From positions 41,984 through 105,983 of the forward strand of contig DATKSU010000005.1 in assembly GCA_035531495.1 (NCBI GenBank): a DNA stretch of 64,000 bases. Direction: 5' to 3'. The translations under genes were made by a program, and so were the position numbers. The notes beneath the pieces are model-generated. The model had not been told where the DNA came from. It did no database searches and was given only the letters and a program-made list of their open reading frames with translations. This DNA comes from Minisyncoccota bacterium (GTDB taxonomy: Bacteria; Patescibacteriota; Minisyncoccia; Phycocordibacterales; Phycocordibacteraceae). This document shows, one piece after another, positions 1 through 8,012 of this stretch; position 1 is the stretch's first letter, and each line of letters starts with the position of its first letter.

Positions 1-927
1 CACTCCGAAGGGCGACCAAAACGTGTCCTCATTGAAGAGCTGCCCCTCGACGAGAGCCCGCGCCTCTCCTGGCGTATAGAGGTCAGCGAACAGGGGCGCG
101 AAGTGCGCCCAGGTCGCGACCGTGAGCGGCTCGTACTCGGTGATGGCGACGTGCGACCAGTAGATGCCGTCCTTGTAGAGGCGCTCGCGCATCGCGGCGC
201 TGACGAGCTCGATGTTGAGCTTGCAGAAATGCTCGCCGTCTTCCTTCCCGAGCAGGGATGCGATGTGCTCCAAAATGCGCAGGTTCTCGACGAGGATGGC
301 GTTGAACGGCACGTCCTTCACCCAGAAATGCCGCTTCATGCACAGTTCCGCGTCGAAGTCGCAGGTGCGGTTCGCGTCGACGAGCTCGAGGCGCCGCGCG
401 AGGTGGTCGTGGAGCGAGATGTCGGCGGGCACGTGGAGGACGGCGTCGAAGCGCGGCGAGTTGTCCTCGCCGGATTCATCCGGATTGATGATGCCGACCA
501 AGTGGTGGTCGTGCGGGTCGCGTTTGTCGATGAGGTACTCGTAGTACTTCGCGAGCGCCGGATAGAGCTCGGCGAGGAAGGCGTCGTCATGCGTCTCCTT
601 GTAGATCTCCCACACGGCGTACGCGAGCATTGGCGGCTGCGTGAGCGCGCTCGTGCCGTTCGTGCCCCAGTCGTAGCGGTGCAGGTTGCCCGGCACCCAG
701 TAGATGATGTGCGGGATCATGCCGTCCGGGAACTGCCGCGAGACGAGCGCGCGCAATTCCGCCATCGCCGCTTCGGGCTCGGACTTCGCGAGCACGATGG
801 CATGGAAACAGGAATCCCAGAGCCACTGGTAGGGATAGGCGTCGGGCGACGGGACCGTGTACATGTGCCCGTCGGTCGTGCGGCGATTCGCGGCGAGGAG
901 CTCAAACGCCTGGTCGCGGATGGACAT
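1..927 (-). CDS. GH63-family (MGH1-like) glycoside hydrolase; 3' end runs off the window edge
   Basis: Not in the ORF track. Manual translation from ATG at 927: MSIRDQAFELLAANRR..YTVPSPDAYPYQWLWDSCFHAI..GMIPH..TQPPMLAY..DESGEDNSPRFD, the typical GH63 motifs. TATAGT lies 6 nt upstream. Confidence 0.85.
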   Translation of the reverse strand, partial: MSIRDQAFELLAANRRTTDGHMYTVPSPDAYPYQWLWDSCFHAIVLAKSEPEAAMAELRALVSRQFPDGMIPHIIYWVPGNLHRYDWGTNGTSALTQPPMLAYAVWEIYKETHDDAFLAELYPALAKYYEYLIDKRDPHDHHLVGIINPDESGEDNSPRFDAVLHVPADISLHDHLARRLELVDANRTCDFDAELCMKRHFWVKDVPFNAILVENLRILEHIASLLGKEDGEHFCKLNIELVSAAMRERLYKDGIYWSHVAITEYEPLTVATWAHFAPLFADLYTPGEARALVEGQLFNEDTFWSPFGV

Positions 928-1028
928 ATAGGCACTATACCCCGCCCCCGCAGCGCCTCCCGGCGTCGCGGGATGGATTAGGCGCTTAAGCAAGCGCGGC
1001 CGGTCATGTTTCTACAACCAGTGGTAAC

Positions 1029-1250
1029 ATGGCACTACGTCTGCTCTCTATGCTTACCTCCTTCTTTCTCATCATCGGCGGCACGTTCGGCTTCCTCGCC
1101 GCGTGCATCGCGTTCCTCATCACCTTTCAGGAATACCGGAAGCACAAGTTCGAGGGCTGGCGGCTCTGGCGCGAGGCGCTCACTGTCGCCACGTTCACTT
1201 TCGTATTCTTCTTCGGGTTATCGCTGCTCATCGGCTACATGCTGAAATAA
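1029..1250 (+). CDS. small two-TM membrane protein
   Basis: 73 aa with two hydrophobic helices around a basic loop; start may be the internal Met (MLTSFF). Confidence 0.6.
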   Translation: MALRLLSMLTSFFLIIGGTFGFLAACIAFLITFQEYRKHKFEGWRLWREALTVATFTFVFFFGLSLLIGYMLK

Positions 1251-1353
1251 CGGCCTCGTTCAGAACAAATACCTATCAGCTACGAAGGCAAAAGAAAAAG
1301 CCACCAAGAAGACCGCAACTGATTGCGGTTATCCATATGCTATTATCCGCTAT

Positions 1354-1719
1354 ATGCAAAACTCTATGGAAAGAAATGCTATGTTCCTAGAGGGAACCCT
1401 TGAAGATGCCGAAAAGATTTTAGCAACCGAGGCCTCGGCAAATGAACACATTGCGCACCTTAAAACACTCCTTGTCTCTGTAGACACTCCTGAAGGACGA
1501 CTTGCTATTGCCGACTACGGCGTTAGTCAGATAAGTGAGAATGAGAACGAAAAACTCGCTTCGTATTTCTTTGTTGTGTCGAGTTTGAAAACACTCTCTC
1601 GGGAGGCGCGTGATTTCTTTACAGATACGATGCTGTACTGCGAGGACGATATAGGCCCACTCAAAAGTGCAGGTGCTGTCCGAAATATGTACGAAAAAGA
1701 AATACGCCCTGTCTTGTGA
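1354..1719 (+). CDS. hypothetical acidic protein in AT-rich islet
   Basis: 121-aa ORF with globular composition; no family recognised. Confidence 0.55.
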   Translation: MQNSMERNAMFLEGTLEDAEKILATEASANEHIAHLKTLLVSVDTPEGRLAIADYGVSQISENENEKLASYFFVVSSLKTLSREARDFFTDTMLYCEDDIGPLKSAGAVRNMYEKEIRPVL

Positions 1720-1755
1720 CACAGGGCGCGTGCCTATGAAGGCATGTGAGGCGTT

Positions 1756-1956
1756 TTACCGCTTCGACTTGTTGGGGACAGCGTTGGCACTCTTGGTGTG
1801 CCCGCTGGAGTCTTTATGCACGGCGATGTGCTGGTGGTCAGCTTTGCCGCTGCCAGTATCGCGAAGGTAGTGGGTGGTCGTACCACCACCAGACCGCGAA
1901 CTCGTTTTCTCGCTTACAGAACCGCCACTGTCTTTGAACCAATCAGACCAACCCAT
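1756..1956 (-). CDS. small Gly/Ser/His-rich hypothetical protein
   Basis: 66 aa (MGWSDWFKDSGG...) with a strong SD (GAGGAG) 7 nt upstream. Confidence 0.6.
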   Translation of the reverse strand: MGWSDWFKDSGGSVSEKTSSRSGGGTTTHYLRDTGSGKADHQHIAVHKDSSGHTKSANAVPNKSKR

Positions 1957-2293
1957 GATACATCTCCTCTAGCTAGGGGGAACGGAAACAAAGGAACTCC
2001 TCCAACTGTATTTGGAATTGAAACAACTATAGCACGAAGAAATGTGTTCAGCAAGTCAGTCGGTCAGTCTACCCAGCCCCGCTCTTCAGGATATAAACCC
2101 TTTGACAGGGTACTCTGAAAAGATGCTGAGAAACATTTTGAAGTCTTCTGCTGTAAATGACTTACTTTAGCGGATACAATTCCGAGTTCTATTATCCCAT
2201 AGCCCGCGTCATGTGAGCTTGTATTTCCTTATTTATCTTCGATGCGCGCTCTCGTGGACGCTGCTGGAGCCGGGATTCTGAGTTTCGTGCGGT

Positions 2294-2923
2294 TTAACTC
2301 TTCGGCTTCCTAACTAAGATCTCGGCCTTGATATTAAACATGGGGGTCCCGTCGGGGTGAGTGGCTTTGGCCCAGCCATCCCCTTCGTTGTAGGAAAGCA
2401 CTTCCCAGTCAGAATACAGTTCCTTTATTTCTCCCAAGGCGGGGTAAAAATGCACTCGATCCGTTTTCGAGAAATCCCCTTCTACAGTAAACGCGGCGAT
2501 GGCATTCAAACCTCCTTCTCTCGTGTGTTCCTTGATATTCCGAATAAACGCTTCAGCCTCTTGCCTTGTCAGGTGATGGAGCATGAAAGTCGAAACGACG
2601 AAATCGTACTCCTTTGTAAGACCCTCCCTTGCGTCGCCGACTTCCGCTTTGAAGTTCGAGAGTGATTCCTTCTCGGCGAAGCGATTCATCGCCTCTACCC
2701 CTACGCGGGAAATGTCTATCGCGCTGACCTGAAAACCGCGTTGCGCTAGAGCCAGCGCATTCCTTCCCTGCCCCGCGCCAAATTCGATAACCTTGGCGTC
2801 TTTAGGTATGAGTGTCGCGCCTTCAAGGACAAAGGCCTCTGGCCTGCCTCCGCCAAAGACCTTGTCGCTTTCGGAATACCGTTGGTCATACTTTTCGGAC
2901 AGACCGCTTCTTGGCTTTTCCAT
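2294..2923 (-). CDS. class I SAM-dependent methyltransferase (TehB-like)
   Basis: VIEFGAGQGRNAL motif I, SAIDIS, YDFVVS, ELYSDWEVLSYNE. Confidence 0.85.
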   Translation of the reverse strand: MEKPRSGLSEKYDQRYSESDKVFGGGRPEAFVLEGATLIPKDAKVIEFGAGQGRNALALAQRGFQVSAIDISRVGVEAMNRFAEKESLSNFKAEVGDAREGLTKEYDFVVSTFMLHHLTRQEAEAFIRNIKEHTREGGLNAIAAFTVEGDFSKTDRVHFYPALGEIKELYSDWEVLSYNEGDGWAKATHPDGTPMFNIKAEILVRKPKS

Positions 2924-2970
2924 ATTAAGAAAGTATATGAAATTTTATATTCAATCACAGAAGACACTCA

Positions 2971-3597
2971 CTAGAGCCGGGAAGCTAAAATCTTCTCAAT
3001 GAGCAATTGTTTTGATTCCTCGCTCCCGAATTCATGATCGGCGCCCACTTCGCTTGCGTCGATATGGAGCTTCGGCATCGCGAGCGCGGTAAGCACCTCA
3101 GCGCTTTTGTGTTCTCTCATATATGCAGTCGTACTCGGACTAAAGGGGTTCTGGAACTTGTTCTTCTTCTCATCTTCGTTCAATGAATCTATGTACTTAA
3201 GCGCTGCTTCAGAGTTATCGTTGTCTATCGTAATCAACGCATAGCGCGTCGTCGACAAAGTACTTCTGCGGCTGCCGAGATAATACGCGACGATAACTGC
3301 TGAGAAGCTGTGCGCGACGAAGATGATTTGCGCAGGCTTCCGTTTTTGACTCGCTACCTCGATAGCTTCATCGAGGTCGGAAAAGTAATCTTCCATGGAC
3401 ATCGCATTCATGTCAGGAAGTGAGTCGTCATGGTAAAGCGGATCGTTCGCGAACTGTATGGAAATCGTGGAGCCGTGTTTTTTCAGAGCATCAAACAGGT
3501 ATTGAACGAGCGGCTCGTCCTTGCCGCCTGAGATGCCCGATATGATGACATAAAGCGTGTCGGTTGCATCATTGCGAGCCGTATTGAACTGGGCCAT
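2971..3597 (-). CDS. alpha/beta-hydrolase-fold protein
   Basis: IISGISG oxyanion region, VAHSFS nucleophile elbow variant, C-terminal GADHEF. Confidence 0.6.
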   Translation of the reverse strand: MAQFNTARNDATDTLYVIISGISGGKDEPLVQYLFDALKKHGSTISIQFANDPLYHDDSLPDMNAMSMEDYFSDLDEAIEVASQKRKPAQIIFVAHSFSAVIVAYYLGSRRSTLSTTRYALITIDNDNSEAALKYIDSLNEDEKKNKFQNPFSPSTTAYMREHKSAEVLTALAMPKLHIDASEVGADHEFGSEESKQLLIEKILASRL

Positions 3598-3654
3598 GAT
3601 GGAATGAAATATAAAGGGACGCTCCAGTGTCCCTTTACTTTACCACGGACAGTG

Positions 3655-3924
3655 CTACAGGTCGAACTCGCCGGCTTTCACGCCCCTGATGAAAGCGTCC
3701 CATTCGGCACGGGTGTAGGTTAGGGTGGTCTTCTTGGGGTCTTTGGTGTCGCGCACCATGACGGAATCGCCTTCCATCTTTACGGCAACGCAGAAGCGAT
3801 TCGCTGGATTCCAAACCGACCACGACGATTTTCGGAATCCGTCTCCATCGACGGAACCGGGTACAGCAGGAGTACTGGGAGACCGATGCAGCAAAACCGC
3901 AATGGTATTCATCGCTGATTTCAT
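3655..3924 (-). CDS. DUF397 domain protein
   Basis: FRKSSWS..CVAV..VMVRDTKDP..LTYTRAEWDAFIRGVKAGEF signature; SD GAGGAG upstream. Confidence 0.85.
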   Translation of the reverse strand: MKSAMNTIAVLLHRSPSTPAVPGSVDGDGFRKSSWSVWNPANRFCVAVKMEGDSVMVRDTKDPKKTTLTYTRAEWDAFIRGVKAGEFDL

Positions 3925-4106
3925 AGCTCAACTCCTCTTTGGCCAAAGAGTGGAAAGAGCACCATTGCCCAATCCGGAATTATCGTACCAACTTTCTCCC
4001 CGGAGTCAACTTATCGGTAGCGCCGTTCCAGCTGCGTCTCGTTCCGCTTCCGTTTGAACCACAAAGACCGCTTAGCTGGGTGGTCTTTCTGAGATTCTGG
4101 AAACTG

Positions 4107-4180
4107 CGCGAGAGACGGGACTTGAACCCGCAACCTCCGCCGTGACAGGGCGGCGCTCTAACCAATTGAGCTACTCCCGC
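4107..4180 (-). tRNA. tRNA-Asp (GTC)
   Basis: Cloverleaf: GCGGGAG/CTCTCGC acceptor, CCGCC-CTGTCAC-GGCGG anticodon arm, GTTCAAGT T-loop, G73; no encoded CCA. Confidence 0.95.
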
Positions 4181-4365
4181 AAAGTGAGGCAAACGGCGCG
4201 GAGCGCCGGACTGCGAAAGGTTGCGGAACTGCGCTTGTAGGGATTCCGGAACCTCGAGCAGGACGGGTGCCGCAGGCACCGTTTCGCCGAACGCGCGCGG
4301 AGTATCGTAATCGATACTCCGCGGCATTCTGGCGTATCCTACCAAACCCGCCCGAAAATGTCCTG

Positions 4366-4439
4366 TGCCGGGGGACGGAATTGAACCGTCGACCTTGGGT
4401 TTATGAATCCCATGCTCTAACCAACTGAGCTACCCCGGC
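4366..4439 (-). tRNA. tRNA with CAT anticodon (elongator Met, or Ile2)
   Basis: GCCGGGG/CCCCGGC acceptor with paired 1:72, anticodon loop TTCATAA, A31-A39 mismatch, A73; no encoded CCA. Confidence 0.9.
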
Positions 4440-4470
4440 AGTGGAAATAATGTAGCAATGATGCGAGAAC

Positions 4471-4498
4471 TTGACAAATATATCGCGAAAGCTACTCT
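4471..4498 (+). promoter_or_regulatory. sigma70-type promoter for the GNAT leader
   Basis: TTGACA (4471-4476), 16-nt spacer, TACTCT (4493-4498). Confidence 0.65.
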
Positions 4499-4504
4499 GA
4501 TGAC

Positions 4505-4660
4505 ATGCATCGGGATCACAGCTATTGCGCAATGAAGACGAGCGGGGTCATCGGCCTCGGCCATTCGACTTGCGCATAGCCGCGATTTTTCTTCCCGATA
4601 TCATCCCCTCCGTCCCGTAAAGAAAGACCTCGGCTCTGCGGAAGCCGAGGTCTTCTCGCT
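4505..4660 (+). promoter_or_regulatory. putative leader-peptide attenuator (24-aa uORF 4505-4579, terminator-like hairpin 4624-4654)
   Basis: uORF MHRDHSYCAMKTSGVIGLGHSTCA begins 6 nt after the -10; 12-bp stem AAGACCTCGGCT/AGCCGAGGTCTT follows. Confidence 0.55.
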
Positions 4661-4695
4661 TTCGGGCAGGGCATGCACTTTGACAGGAGTTCACC

Positions 4696-5298
4696 ATGAC
4701 CAAGGATGACGGACGCGTCGTGTTTCTCGAGGGACGTCGCGCGTATCTGCGACCGCCACAGGAATCGGACATTCCCTTGTTACTGCGCTGGTTCAATGAT
4801 CCGGGCGTGCGGAAGTTCCTCGGGCGGCTCTATCCGATGACCGAGGCGCAGGAGAAGAAGTTCATCATGAGGACGTTCGACGAAGCGCGGAACAATCTCG
4901 TCTTCATCATTGTCCTCAAGGGCGCGTCTCCGGAACGCGATCGACCCATCGGCACGATGGGCCTCCATCAGATCGAGTGGCACAACGGCGTCGCGACGAC
5001 GGGGGCGGCAATCGGCGAGAAGAGTTGCTGGGAGAAAGGTTACGGGACGGAAGCGAAAATGCTCATGCTCGAATACGCCTTCAATGCCCTGAACCTTCGC
5101 AAGATATACTCCCGCGTCCTCGCCACGAACCACCGCAGCAACGCCTACAGCAAGAAGTGCGGCTACACGCACGTCGCGACGCTGCCGGAGCGCCACTTTC
5201 GCGACGGCCGCTATGTCGACGAGCACATCCTCGAGGTGCGCGCCGAGACGTGGCGCGCGCTGTGGGAACGTTCGAGAAAGAAGTTCTTGCCGAAATGA
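4696..5298 (+). CDS. GNAT N-acetyltransferase, RimJ/RimL (SpeG-like) family
   Basis: YLRP, IGEKSCWEKGYGTEA acetyl-CoA motif, AFNALNLRKI, NHRS..KKCGY; SD AGGAG. Confidence 0.88.
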   Translation: MTKDDGRVVFLEGRRAYLRPPQESDIPLLLRWFNDPGVRKFLGRLYPMTEAQEKKFIMRTFDEARNNLVFIIVLKGASPERDRPIGTMGLHQIEWHNGVATTGAAIGEKSCWEKGYGTEAKMLMLEYAFNALNLRKIYSRVLATNHRSNAYSKKCGYTHVATLPERHFRDGRYVDEHILEVRAETWRALWERSRKKFLPK

Positions 5299-5305
5299 TT
5301 CGGCG

Positions 5306-5326
5306 CGCCGCCCCTCCGGGGCGGCG
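5306..5326. terminator. hairpin between convergent GNAT and histidine kinase genes
   Basis: CGCCGCCCC-TCC-GGGGCGGCG followed by ATTTCTT. Confidence 0.55.
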
Positions 5327-5331
5327 ATTTC

Positions 5332-6930
5332 TTACGCCGGCAATTCAACGATGAAGGTCGAGCCCCTGCCCTGCCCTGCCGATTCGGCGCGGATGGTGCC
5401 GCCGTGCGCGGCGACGATGTTCTTCGCGATGTAGAGACCGTAGCCGGTGGAGTATACGTTCACCTTCTGCGATTCCTTGCCGTGGCCGCCCTCGGTGAAG
5501 AGCCGGGCTTTGTCTTCGTCCGTGATGCCGACGCCGGTATCCTTCACCGCGAATACGAGCTTGCCGTTCTCCTTCTTGAGCGAGACGGCGATTGAGCCCG
5601 ACGGGGTGTAATTGATAGCGTTCTCGATGAGATTGCGCAGCACGTGGCTGCCGAGCTCGGCGCGGTCACCCGTCATCTGGTACGACTGCGAGTCGTCGGC
5701 CGCAAATGAGAGCGCGAGACCTTTCGCCTCCGCTCCGGGTCGTTCCTTCTCCGCTATCTCCGCAGCAAGCGCCTTCAAGTCGAACGGCTCCTTCTTGTAC
5801 GTCATCGTACCCTTCTTCTGGTTCGACGCCTTGAGGATATCCGCGACCGAGTCCACGCCATCGCGCGACTGCGCGAGCGCGCGCTCGACGAGCGGCCGCA
5901 GCTCCTGCGACAGCGCGCCGAAATCCCCGTCGAGGAGCGCAGCGAACGTCCCCATATCTTTCGTGAGGAACCCTTTCACCTCGTGGCCGATGAAGTGCAG
6001 AAGTCCTTCCTGCCGCTCATTCGTCTGTTCGAGCTCCTCACTCAACTTCTCAAGATTCAGCATGTCCATGACGATCTTGACGCTCCCGATGAGCACGATG
6101 ATGAACGCAGTTATGTTGATGGCGACGGCGCTCAGGCTCACGGAATAAATGATGTTAACGAAACTGAAAACGGTCACCATAAAACCGAGCAGTCCGGCAG
6201 TCGCAACCTTCAGGTTGAAATTGAATAATCGGTGCCGATAGATGGCGTATGAGATGAGTGCGATGAACGGGAGCAAGAAGAGCGCGGCGAGAGGTATGAA
6301 GCTGAGTTGGTTGAGGAATACGGGAAGGAAAACGTTAAAAAGAAGTATGAGAATTGCGGTGAGTGCCATTCCGGCAGCAATCGAATACTCCTGTTTGCGT
6401 TCTTGAACCTCTGTGCTTCCCCAAGCCTTCCGAATAATTGAGGTGACACCGGCGATAAGAAGACCGAAAGCAACTATAGAGAAAATGATAATACCTGGCC
6501 CCCGTTCAGGATTCGTGACGTATCCAGGAGGAGCAAGCGCGGTAATGCCCGAAAATACGAAAGGGGTCAGAACCAGTATCATGGTCATTCCCACGATAGG
6601 AATGAGGCCGAATTTATACCAGCGCGGGAAAGTCACCTTATCCTTCGGAAAGACGTATGCGAGCTGGAAGAAGAGGAGGGCGTGAAGCGTGGAGAGAAAA
6701 AGATGGAATCGGAGCGCCCAGAGGGTCGCGTCGATAGTCGTGAACTTGTACTCGAGGTAATTCGAAACGCCCCAGATGGCGGTAAGAATGGAGAAATAGA
6801 AGAACGTCCGACTGGTTATACTCCTCGGATTCGTGAGATAGATGAGGAACCCGAGCAAGATGATGCCGGCGATAGCGACGCCGACCGAAAGCAGGTCGAA
6901 ATTAATATCGACGAGCGCGGTGATTCCCAT
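5332..6930 (-). CDS. membrane sensor histidine kinase with multi-TM (7TM-like) N-terminal sensor
   Basis: About 9 hydrophobic helices, H-box GHEVKGFL, N-box NLIENAINYT, G1 DTGVG, G2 GYGLYI, GRGSTF. Confidence 0.9.
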   Translation of the reverse strand: MGITALVDINFDLLSVGVAIAGIILLGFLIYLTNPRSITSRTFFYFSILTAIWGVSNYLEYKFTTIDATLWALRFHLFLSTLHALLFFQLAYVFPKDKVTFPRWYKFGLIPIVGMTMILVLTPFVFSGITALAPPGYVTNPERGPGIIIFSIVAFGLLIAGVTSIIRKAWGSTEVQERKQEYSIAAGMALTAILILLFNVFLPVFLNQLSFIPLAALFLLPFIALISYAIYRHRLFNFNLKVATAGLLGFMVTVFSFVNIIYSVSLSAVAINITAFIIVLIGSVKIVMDMLNLEKLSEELEQTNERQEGLLHFIGHEVKGFLTKDMGTFAALLDGDFGALSQELRPLVERALAQSRDGVDSVADILKASNQKKGTMTYKKEPFDLKALAAEIAEKERPGAEAKGLALSFAADDSQSYQMTGDRAELGSHVLRNLIENAINYTPSGSIAVSLKKENGKLVFAVKDTGVGITDEDKARLFTEGGHGKESQKVNVYSTGYGLYIAKNIVAAHGGTIRAESAGQGRGSTFIVELPA

Positions 6931-6942
6931 GTCGTAAGGATA

Positions 6943-8007
6943 TCAGACGATTGACACTGCTTCTTCGAGCGGGAAGCGTAGCGCGTGTGCAGTAGGAGGA
7001 TCAGCGCGGCCGATGCGGAACATGAAAGCGATGTGCTTCCCGTCCGCGTTGAAAATCTGTGACGCTTTCCCGTATGCAGTCATGACGAGCCGCTGCTCCG
7101 CTGTCGTGAACATATCGCTCTCTCCTGCCGCTATCTTAAGCTTGAAGAACAAGACGCCGGTGAGCGGCTGAAAGCTGAGGCCGAGCGACGTCGCGGCGAG
7201 CCAGGTCCGCTCTACTGCGCGTCCGACTTTCACGAAGTCGATTGGTTCCGTGCCATCGATGATGAACGCCCCCATGGCGGCAGCGGAAGCATTCGTAGCC
7301 CCGTTCTGCTTCGCTACGATGCGATTGAAGCCGAGCTTGGCAAGGATGCGCATGACGGACCAGTTATTGAACATCTTGAACATCTTTTCCGCCGGCGGAG
7401 GCAGTTCGAGCGTCTTGATGTAAAAGCCTATCTTCTTCGCATCGTCTTCCTCCTTGGTCCAGGTCACGTGACTGAAAAAGAAATCATGAAGAGCGCGATT
7501 CGCGAGCATCACTTCCTCATTCGTCGAGCCGACGCGCCCGAGGACCGCGATGGCTTCCTTATCCTTTACGAGCTTGAGTGATCCTGGACGGCTTCCCACG
7601 GCGGCACTATGGAGCGTGTCCTCTTCGGCCTGCGTCAACGGCTCGGTGGCGTAGGGCTTGCGGTTCGAGATGCGTTCATAAATGAAATCCGCGAGCACGT
7701 CTCTCGGCGCGGAAGCGTCTTTGCGCAACGTGACCGTCGCGACATGCCACGCGTCGCCTTTGTCCGGAAAATACGAGACATTGGCCGCATATCCCTCTTT
7801 CGAAGAGGCAATAACGAGGTTCTCGAGCGCCGCGCCGCAGGCGAGATACGACGCGCGCTGGCCCCAGCCGTAGTAGGACTGATCGCGCTCCGGGCGTACG
7901 TGAATCTCGACCGTCAGACCGGAGACGACGAAGCGCCACGGCTGGCAATTCTCTCCGGAAGGCGCTTGGTTCGCTGCAGCAAGGATACGTTCCAGCGCGG
8001 TATCCAT
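6943..8007 (-). CDS. nitroreductase-family (Rv1355c C-terminal/Acg-like) oxidoreductase
   Basis: AANQAPSGENCQPW, GAALENL, RISNRKPY, GRAVERTWLAAT..GLSFQP, FRIG. Confidence 0.85.
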   Translation of the reverse strand: MDTALERILAAANQAPSGENCQPWRFVVSGLTVEIHVRPERDQSYYGWGQRASYLACGAALENLVIASSKEGYAANVSYFPDKGDAWHVATVTLRKDASAPRDVLADFIYERISNRKPYATEPLTQAEEDTLHSAAVGSRPGSLKLVKDKEAIAVLGRVGSTNEEVMLANRALHDFFFSHVTWTKEEDDAKKIGFYIKTLELPPPAEKMFKMFNNWSVMRILAKLGFNRIVAKQNGATNASAAAMGAFIIDGTEPIDFVKVGRAVERTWLAATSLGLSFQPLTGVLFFKLKIAAGESDMFTTAEQRLVMTAYGKASQIFNADGKHIAFMFRIGRADPPTAHALRFPLEEAVSIV

Positions 8008-8012
8008 AGATC

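Noticed and set aside
103-981. 292-aa plus-strand ORF
   Set aside because: Antisense shadow of the GH63 gene; no motifs, typical of GC-rich DNA.
3980-4345. 121-aa ORF
   Set aside because: Overlaps tRNA-Asp and the structured spacer; no protein features.
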